A stretch of DNA of 64,000 nucleotides from Betaproteobacteria bacterium (GCA_016705475.1 JADIYD010000009.1:292715-356714); one strand, 5' to 3'. Numbered from the stretch's first letter, positions 23,911 to 34,846 are shown. Program-made: numbers and translations. Notes: generated by a model from the sequence alone, not told the origin.

Positions 23911-24794
23911 ATGACGCATCGGCGCGCCGTCTGGCTGATGGTGCTCGTAACCCTGTTGTGGAGCATGGCCGGCGTCGTCACGCGCCACCTTGATGCCGCA
24001 AGCAGTTTCGAGGTGACGTTCTGGCGCAGCGCCTTCAATGCGCTGGCGCTGGGTGTTGCGCTCACCGTCCTGCGCGGGCCCGCGCTGTGGTTCGGCCTGA
24101 TGCACTCCCCTGCGGTGGTCTGGTTTTCCGGCGTTTGCTGGGCGGTGATGTACACCGCCTTCATGCTGGCGCTGACCTTGACCAGCGTGGCCAATGTGCT
24201 GGTGAGCATGGCAATCGGGCCGATGGTCACGGCGCTGTTTTCGTGGGTTTTCTGCGCCGCCGCCTGCCGCTGCGTAGCTGGCTGGCGATAGGCGCAGCCA
24301 GTCTGGGGATAGCCTGGATGTTCGGCGGCGAAATGCGGGAGGGCGGCTCCTTGCTCGGCTCGCTTGTTGCCTGTGCCGTGCCGCTGGCCGGGGCAGCGAA
24401 TTTGACCATTCTGCAGAGAGTCGGCGAGCGTCAGGCCGAGAGCAGGCCGGACATGCTCTCCGGCGTGCTGCTCGGTGCCCTGATCTCGGCGCTGCTTACG
24501 TTGCCGCTGGCCTGGCCGCTGCAGGCCTCAAACCACGATGTCGGATTGCTGGCGATGCTTGGCGTCGTCCAGCTCGCCGTGCCCTGCCTGTTGATGGTGC
24601 GCCTGACCCGCGAACTGCCAGCCCCGGAAATAGCGCTGCTCGCCTTGCTTGAAGTCATTTTCGGCGTGGCCTGGGCCTGGCTCTGGGCCGGTGAGCAGCC
24701 GTCAGCCAGTGTTCTGCTGGGCGGCGGGCTGGTGCTTATCGCACTGGCTGCCAATGAAATGGCAGCCTGGCGGGAGTCTGCGCTCGGACGCTGA
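23911..24794 (+). CDS. DMT/EamA family transporter, frameshifted near 24250
   Basis: Two overlapping hydrophobic ORFs join into one EamA-like protein if one T is added to the T-run in GGGTTTTCTG (WVF|LRRRLP). Confidence 0.75.
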
Positions 24795-24832
24795 ATCTGG
24801 TTTTGGGGCCATTTTCGGCGTCGACCGTAGCA

Positions 24833-26260
24833 TTACCCCCGGCTGGCACCTTGAGCCTGCCAGCCACCGCCAAGAGCCTTGAACAGATCGACCGCCGCAC
24901 CGAGTCGGCTCTTGCGGCTGGCCAGGTACTGCAACTGGGCGCTGTTCAGCGTGCGCTGGGCGTCGAGCAGATCCATGTAGCCCGAATAGCCAGACTCGTA
25001 GCGCTTCTGGGCCAGATCGAGCGCCTTTTGCGAGGCGCCGACCAGGGCTGACCAGGCTGCTTCTTCTTCGCTGTATTCGCGCAGGCCGACGATGGCGTCG
25101 TTGACTTCCTTGAAGGCGGTTTGCACCGTTTTCCGGTAGTTGGCCAGGCTTTCCTTCTGCGCGGCCGTTGCCTGATCAACCCGGGCGCCGGTGCGGCCAG
25201 CGTCGAAAATCGGCATGGCGAGGCCGGCGGCGGCTGACCAGATCCCGGCGCCGCCGGAGAACAGGTTGGAGAGCGCCATGCTTTCGTTGCCGAACAGGCC
25301 GGTCAGGCTGATCGTCGGGTAGTAGGCGGCCTTGGCGACGCCGATGCGGGCATTGGCGGCGACCAGTTTTTCTTCGGCCTGACGGATGTCCGGGCGGGCT
25401 TCGAGCAGGGCCGAGGACAGACCGGCCGGTGGCGTCGGCGGCAGGGGCAGCTTGTCGAGGCTGGTAGCGCCGATCTTCAGGCCGGGCTGGCCGCTGAGCA
25501 GGCCGATCTGGCTTTCGGACAGGGCCCGCAGCCGTTGCAACTGGTGCCATTGCGCCTGGGCGCCGTTCAGCGCGCTTTCGGCCTGGGCCAATTCGAGGCC
25601 GGAGGCGGTGCCGGCATTCACGCGGGCCTGGACGATTTTCAAGGCCTGTTTGCGCGATTCGAGCGTTTGCGCCGTGACGTCAATCTGACCGTCGAGGCTG
25701 CGCAGGTTGAGGTATTCGTTGGTGACCTGACCGACCAGCGTCAGACGCAGGCTGTCGCGGCCGAAACGGCTGGCCAGGGCTTCGGCCCGCGCCGCTTCGT
25801 TGCTGCGCCGGATGCGGCCCCAAAGGTCGAGCTCGTAGCTCAGCGACAAGGCGGCACGGTTGCTGTTGTAGGTGGCACCGCCCTGTTTGCGGCCGTTGAA
25901 GGTTTCGCCGCTGGTTTTGCTGCGCCCGGTGCTGGCCTCCAGACCGATACGCGGCAGGGTGTCGGCACCGGCTTCACGCGCCGCCGCTTCGGCCGCTTCG
26001 AGGCGGGCGATGGCGGCTTGCAGGTCCTGGTTGGCGACCAGCGTCTGGTCAACCAGCGCATTGAGGTCGGCATCGCCGAACAGCGTCCACCACGTCGGAT
26101 TGACCGGCGCTTGCGCCGTGGCGACGGCTGGGGCCGCTTCCGGCAGCGTCGAAGCCGGGCGGAAGTAGTTCGGGCCGATGGCGCAGCCGCTCAGGGCGAT
26201 TGCCACGGTCAATCCGAAAATCGGGGCAAATTTGAAATGCTTGGGGGGAAGTTTACGCAT
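24833..26260 (-). CDS. RND efflux outer membrane lipoprotein (OprM/NodT family)
   Basis: Lipobox LSGC, WWTLFGD, ELDLWGR, RPDIRQAE, LFKALGGGW. Confidence 0.93.
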   Translation of the reverse strand: MRKLPPKHFKFAPIFGLTVAIALSGCAIGPNYFRPASTLPEAAPAVATAQAPVNPTWWTLFGDADLNALVDQTLVANQDLQAAIARLEAAEAAAREAGADTLPRIGLEASTGRSKTSGETFNGRKQGGATYNSNRAALSLSYELDLWGRIRRSNEAARAEALASRFGRDSLRLTLVGQVTNEYLNLRSLDGQIDVTAQTLESRKQALKIVQARVNAGTASGLELAQAESALNGAQAQWHQLQRLRALSESQIGLLSGQPGLKIGATSLDKLPLPPTPPAGLSSALLEARPDIRQAEEKLVAANARIGVAKAAYYPTISLTGLFGNESMALSNLFSGGAGIWSAAAGLAMPIFDAGRTGARVDQATAAQKESLANYRKTVQTAFKEVNDAIVGLREYSEEEAAWSALVGASQKALDLAQKRYESGYSGYMDLLDAQRTLNSAQLQYLASRKSRLGAAVDLFKALGGGWQAQGASRG

Positions 26261-29200
26261 GTTGTTTTTCCTCCGACAGGTGGTCATCGGCGTCGCCGGC
26301 CGGTCGTATCTTCTTGCCGCGCTCCAGCCACATGAAGAAGAGCGGGATGAATATGGTGGCGATGAAAGTCGCCGCGAGCATCCCGGCGAAAACGCCGGTA
26401 CCCATCGACTGGCGGGCTGCGGCGCCGGCGCCGGTGGCCTTGACCAGCGGGAAGACGCCGAGCACGAAGGCGAGCGAGGTCATGATGATGGGGCGCAGAC
26501 GCAGGCGGGCGGCTTCCATTGCCGCATCGACGACGCTCATGCCTTCGGTGACCTTCTGGGCGGCGAACTCGACGATCAGGATGGCGTTTTTCGACGCCAG
26601 GCCAATAAGCACGACGAGGCCGATCTGGAAATAGATGTCGTTCGGCATGCCGCGCAGCCAGATCGCCGTCAGGGCACCCATCAGCGCGAAAGGCACGGCC
26701 ATGACGACAGCCAGCGGCAGCGACCATTTTTCATACTGGGCGGCAAGGATCAGGAAGACCATGATGATGGCGAAGACGAAAGCCTGCATCGACGAGCCGG
26801 AGCTGCGCTTTTCCTGGAAGGCCTGGCCGGTCCATGAAATTTCGAAGCCGCTGGGCAGGGTGGCCGCGGCCACTTCCTCGACGATCTTGATGGCGTCGCC
26901 CGAGCTGATTCCCGGTTTGCTGTCGCCCATCACCTTGGCGGCGACGAAGCCGTTAAAGCGCTCGACCTGTTCCGGCCCGACGACGTTCTTGACCTTGCTG
27001 ATCGCCGACAGCGGGATCATGGCATTGGTCGTCGAACTGCGCACATAAACCTTGCCGAGATCTTCAGGCTTGGTCCGGTAATTGGCCTCGGCCTGCAACT
27101 GGACGCGATAGACCCGGCCGGACTTGTTGAAGTCATTGACGTAGAGGGCGCCCATCGTGCTCTGCAGGGTTTCGTAGATGTGGGCGAGCGGAATGCCGAG
27201 CGCCAGCGCCTTCGGCTCGTCAACTTCGACGAACAGTTGGGGCACGGTCGGCCGAAAGAAGGTGCTGATGCGCGTGAATTCCGGGCGCTTCTGCAGTTCC
27301 GCCATGAAAACCTGGGTGACTTCATTGAGCTTTCGGGTATCGCCATCGAGGCGGTTCTGCAAATACACCTCGAAACCACCGGCGCTGCCCAGGCCCATGA
27401 TCGGGGGCGGGTTGAAAACGAGCGCCATGCCGTCCGCCTGCATCATGCCCATGCCCATGAACTTGCCAGCCAGATCCTGCGCCTTGCCCTGGCGCTCGCT
27501 CCAGTCCTTGAGCGGGATGAAGATGGTGCCGGCATTCGGCTTGCTGCCGCCGCCGATCAGGTCGAAGCCGGAGACGACGAAGGTGTGCTTGACCGCCTCG
27601 TCATGGCTCAGCATCTGGCGCATGTTTTCACCGGTGGCGGCCGTCCGCTTCAAGGTTGCGCCGTCCGGCAGCATCAGGGCCGAAATCAGGTAGCCCTGGT
27701 CTTCGGCCGGCACGAAACTGCCCGGCAGGGTGCGGAAGAAGAAAACCGTGATGCCGATCACCAGCGCGAAAATCAGGCCACCGACAATGCCGTGCTTGAG
27801 CGTGAAGCCAACCGTCGTCGTGTAGGAGCGGGTAAAGCGCTCGAACAGGCGGTTGAAGGGGCGGAAAATCTTGTGCTCGGTGTGCTGCGCCTTGAGCAGC
27901 AGGGCGCACAGGGCCGGCGTCAGGGTCAGCGCGACGACGCCGGAAAGCACCACGGCGACGGCCACGGTAACCGCGAACTGCTTGTAAAGCTGGCCGGCAA
28001 TGCCGCCGAGGAAGGCGACCGGGACGAAGACCGAAACCAGCACCAGCACGATGGCGATCAGCGCGCCCTGCACCTGCTGCATGGCCTTGATTGCCGCATC
28101 CCTGGGCGACAGCTTTTCTTCGGCCATGAGGCGCTCGACGTTCTCGAGCACGACGATGGCGTCATCGACGACGATGCCGATGGCCAGCACCATGGCGAAC
28201 AGCGTCAGCGTGTTGATCGAGAACCCGAACAGCCACAGGCCGGCGAAGGTGCCGATCAGCGAAATCGGCACGGCAACCATCGGGATCAGGGTGGCGCGCC
28301 AGCTTTGCAGGAAGATATAGACGACAGCCAGCACGAGGATCATGGCTTCGATCAGCGTCTTGACCACTTCATTGATCGAGGCGGAAACGAAGCGCGTTGT
28401 ATCGAAAGGGATGACGTAGCCCATGCCTTCCGGCATTTTCTTCTTCAGCTCCTCCATTTTCTGGCGCACTTTTTCGGCTACTTCCAGCGCATTGGCGCCG
28501 GTCTGCAGGAAAACGCCCATGGCGATGGTCGGCTGGCCGTCCAGCGTCACGCTCTGCTCGTAGCTGTAGGCGCCGAGTTCGATGCGGGCGACATCCCTGA
28601 GGCGCAACAGGCCGCCCGGGCCACTGGCGCGGATGACGATGTTGCCGAATTCCTCCGGCGTCAGCAGGCGGCCCTTGGCGGTCACCGTATAGACCAGTTG
28701 CTGGTCGCTCGGCGCCGGTTCCTGGCCGATCTTGCCGGCCGCGTTCTGGGCATTCTGGGCGCGGATGGCGGTGGATATGTCGTTGGTCGTCAGCCCCAGT
28801 TGCGCCATCCGATCCGGCTTGAGCCAGACGCGCATCGAGTAATCCTGGGCGCCGAAAATGGTCACGTCGCCGACACCCTTGACCCGCTTCAACTCGTCGG
28901 CAATGTTCAGACTGGCGTAGTTGGACAGGAATAGGGTGCTGTACTTGCCCTTTTCGGACTCCAGCGCGACGACCTGCAGAATGTCGTTCGAGCGCTTCTG
29001 GACGAGCACGCCGTTGGTCCGCACTTCAGCCGGCAAGCGCGGTTCAGCCGCTTTTACCCGGTTATTGACGTTGACCGCAGCGATGTCGACATTGGTGCCG
29101 ACATCGAAGGTCGCCGTGATGGTGACAACGCCGTTGGCGGCCGCCGACGAGGTGAAATAGGACAGGTTTTCGACCCCGTTCAACTGCTCCTCGATCGGTG

Positions 29201-29387
29201 CAGCGACCGTCTTGGCCAGCGTGTCAGCCGAAGCGCCCGGGTAGGTGGCGGTGATCAGCACGGTCGGCGGAGCGATCTGCGGATACTGCGCGATGGGCAG
29301 CACCTGCGAGGCAACCAGCCCGGCAATGACGATGATGATCGATATGACCGACGCGAAAATCGGCCGGTTGATGAAGAATCTGGACAT
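26253..29387 (-). CDS. HAE1 RND efflux permease (AcrB/MexB family)
   Basis: FFINRPIFA, GIVVDDAIVVLEN, KNAILIVEFA, RLRPIIMTS; 1044 aa. Confidence 0.96.
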   Translation of the reverse strand: MSRFFINRPIFASVISIIIVIAGLVASQVLPIAQYPQIAPPTVLITATYPGASADTLAKTVAAPIEEQLNGVENLSYFTSSAAANGVVTITATFDVGTNVDIAAVNVNNRVKAAEPRLPAEVRTNGVLVQKRSNDILQVVALESEKGKYSTLFLSNYASLNIADELKRVKGVGDVTIFGAQDYSMRVWLKPDRMAQLGLTTNDISTAIRAQNAQNAAGKIGQEPAPSDQQLVYTVTAKGRLLTPEEFGNIVIRASGPGGLLRLRDVARIELGAYSYEQSVTLDGQPTIAMGVFLQTGANALEVAEKVRQKMEELKKKMPEGMGYVIPFDTTRFVSASINEVVKTLIEAMILVLAVVYIFLQSWRATLIPMVAVPISLIGTFAGLWLFGFSINTLTLFAMVLAIGIVVDDAIVVLENVERLMAEEKLSPRDAAIKAMQQVQGALIAIVLVLVSVFVPVAFLGGIAGQLYKQFAVTVAVAVVLSGVVALTLTPALCALLLKAQHTEHKIFRPFNRLFERFTRSYTTTVGFTLKHGIVGGLIFALVIGITVFFFRTLPGSFVPAEDQGYLISALMLPDGATLKRTAATGENMRQMLSHDEAVKHTFVVSGFDLIGGGSKPNAGTIFIPLKDWSERQGKAQDLAGKFMGMGMMQADGMALVFNPPPIMGLGSAGGFEVYLQNRLDGDTRKLNEVTQVFMAELQKRPEFTRISTFFRPTVPQLFVEVDEPKALALGIPLAHIYETLQSTMGALYVNDFNKSGRVYRVQLQAEANYRTKPEDLGKVYVRSSTTNAMIPLSAISKVKNVVGPEQVERFNGFVAAKVMGDSKPGISSGDAIKIVEEVAAATLPSGFEISWTGQAFQEKRSSGSSMQAFVFAIIMVFLILAAQYEKWSLPLAVVMAVPFALMGALTAIWLRGMPNDIYFQIGLVVLIGLASKNAILIVEFAAQKVTEGMSVVDAAMEAARLRLRPIIMTSLAFVLGVFPLVKATGAGAAARQSMGTGVFAGMLAATFIATIFIPLFFMWLERGKKIRPAGDADDHLSEEKQHA

Positions 29388-29396
29388 GGCTGCTCC

Positions 29397-30575
29397 TTAA
29401 CCCTGCTTGGCCGGGGCGGGGGCGGCTTCCTTGGCCGGAGCGGCAGCGCCATCCTTGGCTGGTGCCGGAGCGCCCGGTTTCTCTCCAGGGCCGTGCGGGG
29501 CAACCGGCGCACCGGGGCGCAGCTTGATCAGGTTGTCGATGATGACCTTGTCGCCTGCCTTAAGGCCACCCAGGATGACCCAGTCCTTGCCGCGCCATTC
29601 GCCGGCCTGCACCGGACGCGGGGTAACCTTGTCGCCTTCGCCGGCCAGCATGACGATGGCGCCCTGCTCGGTCTGCACGACGGCCGATTGCGGCACCAGG
29701 AATACGCCATCGCGTTCGCCGGTGAGCAGGCGGATGCGGACAAACTGGCCGGGCAGTAGCTGGTTGTCGCGGTTGTCGAACTCGGCGCGCAGGGCCTGGG
29801 TGCCGAGCGTGGTGTCGATGTTGCTGGCCAGGAAATTGAGCTTGCCGGACTTTGGATACACCGAGCCGTCAGCCAGGATCAGCTCGACGCCGCTGACGTT
29901 CTTGTTGGTCACCCGGCCACCGGCCAGTTTGGCCAGATCGCTGTCGCCAAGGCTGAAGCGGACCCAGATCGGGTTGCTTTGGTAGATCGAGGTGAGCAGG
30001 CTGTCGGCACCGGCCGTGATCAGGTTGCCCTCGGATTTGGCGGCGCGGCCGGTGGTGCCGGAAACCGGCGCGGTGACTGTCGTCCATGACAGATTCAGCT
30101 CGGCCTGGTGCAGCGCGGCCTGGGCGATGGCGTTATTCGATGAAGAGTCGTCGTACTCTTTCTGGCTGATCGCCTTGGCCTCGATCAGGCCTTTCAGGCG
30201 ATTCATTTCACGGCTGGTCTGCTCTGCCTTGGCCTTGGCTTCGGCCAGGGCGATTTCGTAACTCGAGCGGTCGATCTGGAACAGCGGCTGGCCGGCCTTC
30301 ACCGTCTCGCCTTCCTGATACAGGCGCTTGACGAGAATGCCGGCGACGCGAGCGCGCACTTCGGTTTCGCGGGCCCCTTCGGTCTGCGCCATGACTTCGA
30401 CGGAACTGGGCACCTTCTGCGGCTGAACTTCCAGCACGGTGACCGGCATCGGCCCCATCGGCGGGCCGCCAGCCGGCTTGTTGTCCGAGCAGCCGGTGAG
30501 CAGGGCGGTGCCAAGAACCGTTGCACCGAGAAGGGTCGAAAGCGTGGTACGCCGCAGCAGATTTCCGGAAATCAT
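29397..30575 (-). CDS. RND periplasmic adaptor (AcrA/MexA family)
   Basis: Lipobox LTGC, EVRARVAG, APVSG, LLPGQFV; start at 30575. Confidence 0.94.
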   Translation of the reverse strand: MISGNLLRRTTLSTLLGATVLGTALLTGCSDNKPAGGPPMGPMPVTVLEVQPQKVPSSVEVMAQTEGARETEVRARVAGILVKRLYQEGETVKAGQPLFQIDRSSYEIALAEAKAKAEQTSREMNRLKGLIEAKAISQKEYDDSSSNNAIAQAALHQAELNLSWTTVTAPVSGTTGRAAKSEGNLITAGADSLLTSIYQSNPIWVRFSLGDSDLAKLAGGRVTNKNVSGVELILADGSVYPKSGKLNFLASNIDTTLGTQALRAEFDNRDNQLLPGQFVRIRLLTGERDGVFLVPQSAVVQTEQGAIVMLAGEGDKVTPRPVQAGEWRGKDWVILGGLKAGDKVIIDNLIKLRPGAPVAPHGPGEKPGAPAPAKDGAAAPAKEAAPAPAKQG

Positions 30576-30611
30576 GGGGGAGAACTCCAAATTTAGAAAA
30601 GTTTGGGCTAT

Positions 30612-30635
30612 TATATACAAACACGAATGTATGTA
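30612..30635. promoter_or_regulatory. AcrR-type operator (24-bp imperfect inverted repeat)
   Basis: TATATACAAACACGAATGTATGTA between the divergent adaptor and TetR genes; closely resembles the E. coli AcrR operator TACATACATT-N4-AATGTATGTA. Confidence 0.75.
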
Positions 30636-30715
30636 AAATATTTTCGGTGTCGAAGTTGATGGCTTAACATTGGCAACGGCCAAGCCAGAAAGTTGCCAGG
30701 CCAGGAGAGAAGAAA

Positions 30716-31333
30716 GTGGTCAGAAAAACCAAGGAAGACGCGGAAAAGACCCGTCAGGACATCATCGAATCGGCGCGCACGGTGTTTCACGAGTGTGGCG
30801 TCAGCCGTTCGACGCTCGACAAGATTGCCAAGGAAGCCGGTGTCACGCGCGGGGCGGTCTATTGGCATTTCAAGGACAAGGCTGAACTGTTTTTCGCCAT
30901 GCGCGAGGATGTTTTCGCCCCGATGGTCGAACGGACAGACTCCTTGCTCTTCTCCGAAGTCTACGACAATCCGCTCGATGCGATCGAAGCCTCGCTGCAG
31001 GAGTTTTTCCGTGTGCTCGATGATTGTCCAGTGGTGCGCGAAGTCTTCGAAATCATGATTTCACGCTGCGAATACGTTGATGAATTCGCCGCCGTTCAGG
31101 AAGAGGCCGGCCGCCCGGCCTACGAGTTTCTCGAAAAAATGGAGCGCTTCTACCGCAAGGCTGCGGACAAGGGCAAATTGCGCGAAGGCCTCGACCCCGA
31201 AGCAACTGCGCGCGACACCTGGGCCTTCACCAGCGGTCTGCTGCACCTGATGCTCGGTTGCCAGAAGGGCTCGGACCTCGACAAGCGGATTCCGGCGATG
31301 ATCACGATGCACATGGCGCTGCGGCGGGGCTGA
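30716..31333 (+). CDS. acrR: TetR family repressor (AcrR-like)
   Basis: MVRKTKEDAEKTR...IAKEAGVTRGAVYWHFKDK; divergent from the RND operon. Confidence 0.88.
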   Translation: MVRKTKEDAEKTRQDIIESARTVFHECGVSRSTLDKIAKEAGVTRGAVYWHFKDKAELFFAMREDVFAPMVERTDSLLFSEVYDNPLDAIEASLQEFFRVLDDCPVVREVFEIMISRCEYVDEFAAVQEEAGRPAYEFLEKMERFYRKAADKGKLREGLDPEATARDTWAFTSGLLHLMLGCQKGSDLDKRIPAMITMHMALRRG

Positions 31334-31488
31334 CTGCTCATCCTCTCCGCAGAAGCGCCGAATACACACGCTGCAGTCATCTCCCGGCTTCTGCGGATAA
31401 GAACGCCTCTGAAAAAAGAAGGGGTGATGCACCGTCATACTTTGCAATTTCGCCCGATTTTGCGGTTGACCACAGGATTCGGGCTTTT

Positions 31489-32050
31489 TCAGTTTGCCGG
31501 CCGCTTGGCCGGCACTTCGCGCCTCCAGCCTTCAAGGCAAGCGCAATAATCTCGGCCGAGCCTGTCGAGTTCGGCGACATCGAGCTTGTTGGCACGATAG
31601 GCCAGGAAAGGCGGATGCCAGGGCAATTTGCAGCGGTAGGCCGTCGCCTCAAGCGGCTGCAACAGTGCCTCTAGTGAGAAGAAATTCTGCCCCGATGCTG
31701 TATAAGCCTCTGCCTGATTGCCGGCCGTCGCCGCTACCAAGACGGGGGTTCCTTCCAGCAAGCGCCCTCTGTCGGCGTACTTCACGTAATACATATTGGT
31801 GGAACACTTCGTCCAGCCACTGTTTCAGTTCCGCCGGCGGTGCGTACCATTGCACTGGAAACTGCAGAACCACCCGCTCGGCATCCAGCAGGCGGCGAGT
31901 TTCCCGCGCAACGTCGATGGTCTTTCCCGCATACAGTCCGACCATATCGACCACCTCAACACCAGATAGTGCCTGCGCCGCGCGGATCATCGCCGCATTG
32001 GCCCGTGACTGATCGAGTTTCGGGTGAAATACTAAGATTTTCGTCGTCAT
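31489..32050 (-). CDS. Flavodoxin-fold NAD(P)H oxidoreductase (KefF/MdaB-like), frameshifted near 31800
   Basis: HP.L..SRAN, QFPVQWY.PP..LKQWLDEVF in ORF 31649-32050 continues as LLVAATAG-like/LLQPLEATA in ORF 31489-31794. Confidence 0.78.
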
Positions 32051-32186
32051 CAGTGTTTCTCCAAGTCAAATCGGCGAACTTACGGGCAAGATGCCAATCG
32101 CCGCCAAGCGGTTATTAAAAATTTTGCTTGGCGAATAGTGATCCACTCGAGATAATCGATCCAACGGATATTATCTATACTGGCAT

Positions 32187-32201
32187 ATTCATCAGATGAA
32201 T
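32187..32201. promoter_or_regulatory. Candidate LysR recognition site (T-N11-A palindrome)
   Basis: ATTCATC-A-GATGAAT inverted repeat overlapping the LysR start codon. Confidence 0.5.
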
Positions 32202-33089
32202 CTTCGGCGCATTGATCTCAACCTGCTGGTCATCCTTGACACCTTGCTCGACGAGGCGCATGTTACCCGCGCCGCACAGCGGCTCGCCCTGTCGCAGCCG
32301 GCCATGAGCAATGCGCTGGCGCGTTGCCGCGAGCTTTTCAACGACCCTTTGTTGATTAAGGCTGGCGCTGGCATGAAGCTCACCGCTAAAGCCCAATCCC
32401 TGCGTCTGCCACTCAAGCGGGCCCTAAACAACCTTGATGCGGTATTCGAGCCGGAACAGCCGACACTGGCGACATTGCGGGCAAAAATCCGCATCGGCAT
32501 GGCGGATGCGCTGCTCGTCACTGTAGCTGCTCCACTCCAGCAACAACTACAACAAAGCGCACCGGGCATCTCGTTAATTTATCTGCCCTGGCGCGGCGGC
32601 AACGAAATACAGCAACAACTGACGAACGACGAAATGGACATTGCCATTTCCGTGCTGCCAACGCCCTCCCCCGGCCTGCGCCGGCAGGAACTGGCCATTG
32701 AACATTACCAGGTGATCATGCGCCAGGGGCACCCAGCAGCCGGCAATTTCACGCTCGACACCTGGCTAGCCTATCCGCATGTGGTGGTTTCACCAAGCGG
32801 CGATGCACGGGGCTCACTCGACGACGTACTGTTGCGTCTAGGATGCCAACGTCAAATCGGCCTTGTGCTCCCGAGCTTTTCCGCGGCACTGCATATCGTC
32901 GCCCACACCGACCTCATCGCCATGGTGCCAAGCCGTAGCCTGACTAACGACGACACAGCACGTCTCACCATCTTCGATCCCCCTGTGCCCATCGAGACTT
33001 TTCCGCTACACATTGCTTGGCACGAACGCAATGACAACAATCATGCAGTCCAATACGTCGGCGCTCTATTGCGTCGAGTCATTTCCTGA
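32196..33089 (+). CDS. LysR family transcriptional regulator
   Basis: DLNLL...VTRAAQRLALSQPAMSNALAR HTH; divergent from the oxidoreductase. Confidence 0.95.
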   Translation: MNLRRIDLNLLVILDTLLDEAHVTRAAQRLALSQPAMSNALARCRELFNDPLLIKAGAGMKLTAKAQSLRLPLKRALNNLDAVFEPEQPTLATLRAKIRIGMADALLVTVAAPLQQQLQQSAPGISLIYLPWRGGNEIQQQLTNDEMDIAISVLPTPSPGLRRQELAIEHYQVIMRQGHPAAGNFTLDTWLAYPHVVVSPSGDARGSLDDVLLRLGCQRQIGLVLPSFSAALHIVAHTDLIAMVPSRSLTNDDTARLTIFDPPVPIETFPLHIAWHERNDNNHAVQYVGALLRRVIS

Positions 33090-33380
33090 CCAGACTCACC
33101 AGATCAGGGTCTGGCGGAAACAACTTCATGAGACCCAACATACAAGGCTGCAAACAACAAAGTATTGCTCAATAGCAGACGAGTTTCCCAGTTGACCGTG
33201 GAAACTAACAGTTTATCGGGGTCAGCGTCATTTGGTTTTCTGAGCCAATAGCCATACTCCACCGCCCTCGTCTTGAGGGCGCAATCAGGCCATGGCGTGC
33301 CTGAAAGATACGTCGCAGTCATCTCCCGGCAATGAGCGGCACCCATAATCCCATCCAGATTAGACGAGGGTTATCCCGCC

Positions 33381-33644
33381 ATGATAAGAAACGCCGGCGC
33401 ATTGGTGCGCGGCTATGTTGTTTGGGTTCGCCGGTTGCCGCAGGCTACCGGCATGATGTTCGCTGCCCAGTCGTCATGGGGGCGTTCGGTCAAGATTGGC
33501 TTGTTCGGTATCGGCGTGGTGCTGCCCTTGGGGTCGTTGATCTGGGCGTTGCTTTTCTGGCATGGCAATGGCGTCCGCAAGCGTGCTGTCGTGCTGCCTG
33601 TTGATCTGACCAAGACCCTGCCAGCGCCGACTGGCGATTCCTAG
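33381..33644 (+). CDS. Small hypothetical membrane protein
   Basis: 87 aa ORF with one hydrophobic segment (IGLFGIGVVLPLGSLIWALLFW); GAGGG upstream. Confidence 0.5.
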   Translation: MIRNAGALVRGYVVWVRRLPQATGMMFAAQSSWGRSVKIGLFGIGVVLPLGSLIWALLFWHGNGVRKRAVVLPVDLTKTLPAPTGDS

Positions 33645-33646
33645 GC

Positions 33647-34126
33647 TTACCTTGCCCGGTCGAGGTCGGCCCGGTTTTTCTCATCGACGTAAATGCCCGT
33701 TTCCCTTGGGCGACTGCTCGCGAAGCAGCTGACCTCGACATTGGCCAGCGCTTTGGCCTTGTGCAGCACGTCGACGGCGCAGCGGCCGAAAACGCTGTCG
33801 ATGGTGGCCAGCAGGTTGCGGGCGTAGGGCGTTTCGAGTTTGCCGTCGAGAATCAGGTTGGCAAGCAGCACGCCATCCGGCTTGAGCACGCGGCGGGTGC
33901 CGGCCCAGAATTCGCGGGTGACGAGGTGGCTGGGGATCGAGGTGTGCGAGCTGTAAACGTCGACGACGACGGCGTCGAAGCGACGTTCGCTGGTCGCCAC
34001 GAAACGGCGTGCATCGTCGGCAATGAACTCGCCGCGGGCCGGCTCGCGCAGGAAGTGCTTTTCGGCGATGTCCTTGATGGCCGGGTCGATATCGACGTAG
34101 GTGTAGCGGTTGAGCGGTTCGCGGTA
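33647..34126 (-). pseudogene. C-terminal fragment of a spermidine-synthase-like SAM methyltransferase
   Basis: Frame reads REPLNRYTYVDIDPAIKDIAEKHF...DDARRF...FDAVVVDVYS...HLVTREFW...LKPDGVLLAN; the 5' part is replaced by IS sequence. Confidence 0.8.
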
Positions 34127-34846
34127 CGCCGCCTACGGCGCCTGTCCAACGGGATTGGGGGTCGCAGATCGATATCTTGCGGGGTGCTGGCGAACCGGGC
34201 AACTCGCTATCAAGTGCCGCCAGATACTCGCGTACAGCATGGGTTCTTGACGCGGGATCACCCCACTGTAGCGGTTCGCCCTTGGGGATGCCCTGCTGGC
34301 CACTGGCATCGGCCGCCACAATACTGGCATCCGTAGCAAATCCTTCTCCCCGGACAAGACCGGCGGCCATACAGCCGCGCACTACCTCATCAAATAGCCA
34401 GCGAAAGGTTCCGTTCTGCCGGAATCGCCCATGTCGATTTTTTGAGAATGTCGAGTGGTTTGGAATGGCATCTTCGAGACCCAATCGGCAGAACCAGCGA
34501 TAAGCCAAATTGAGATGAACCTCCTCACACAGGCGCCGTTCAGAACGAATGCCGTAGCAGTAGCCGACGATCAGCATTCTGATCATCAGCTCGGGATCAA
34601 TCGATGGACGCCCAGTGTGGCTGTAGTGATCGGACAGGTGCTGGCGAAGTCCGCCTAGGTCGAGGCATTGGTCGATCCCTCGCAATAAATGGTTGGGAGG
34701 AACGAAGCTTTCTAGGTCGAACGAATAAAACAGTCGATCCTGATTTCCGCTCTGCTGACCCATCATCACGGCACCATTAATAACCATGCTATACGCATAT
34801 TTTACCAGACTACCTTCTCTACGGAGAGTTTTTCAACAGAATAAGC
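34127..34846 (-). mobile_element. Truncated IS1182-family insertion sequence
   Basis: Transposase N-terminus (VPPNHLLR, GRPSIDPELM, SERRLCEEV..NLAYRWFC, PNHSTFS) ends abruptly near 34127; candidate left end ...CTGTTGAAAAACTC (minus strand, 34826-34839). Confidence 0.85.

Noticed and set aside
23911-24794. Programmed frameshift or phase variation in the DMT gene (also the CHASE kinase)
   Set aside because: The homopolymers are short (4-5 nt) and similar indels occur across the window, so sequencing error is the simpler explanation.
33681-34787. 368-aa full-length transposase ORF
   Set aside because: Only the first roughly 220 aa are transposase; the rest is out-of-frame read-through into the methyltransferase fragment.
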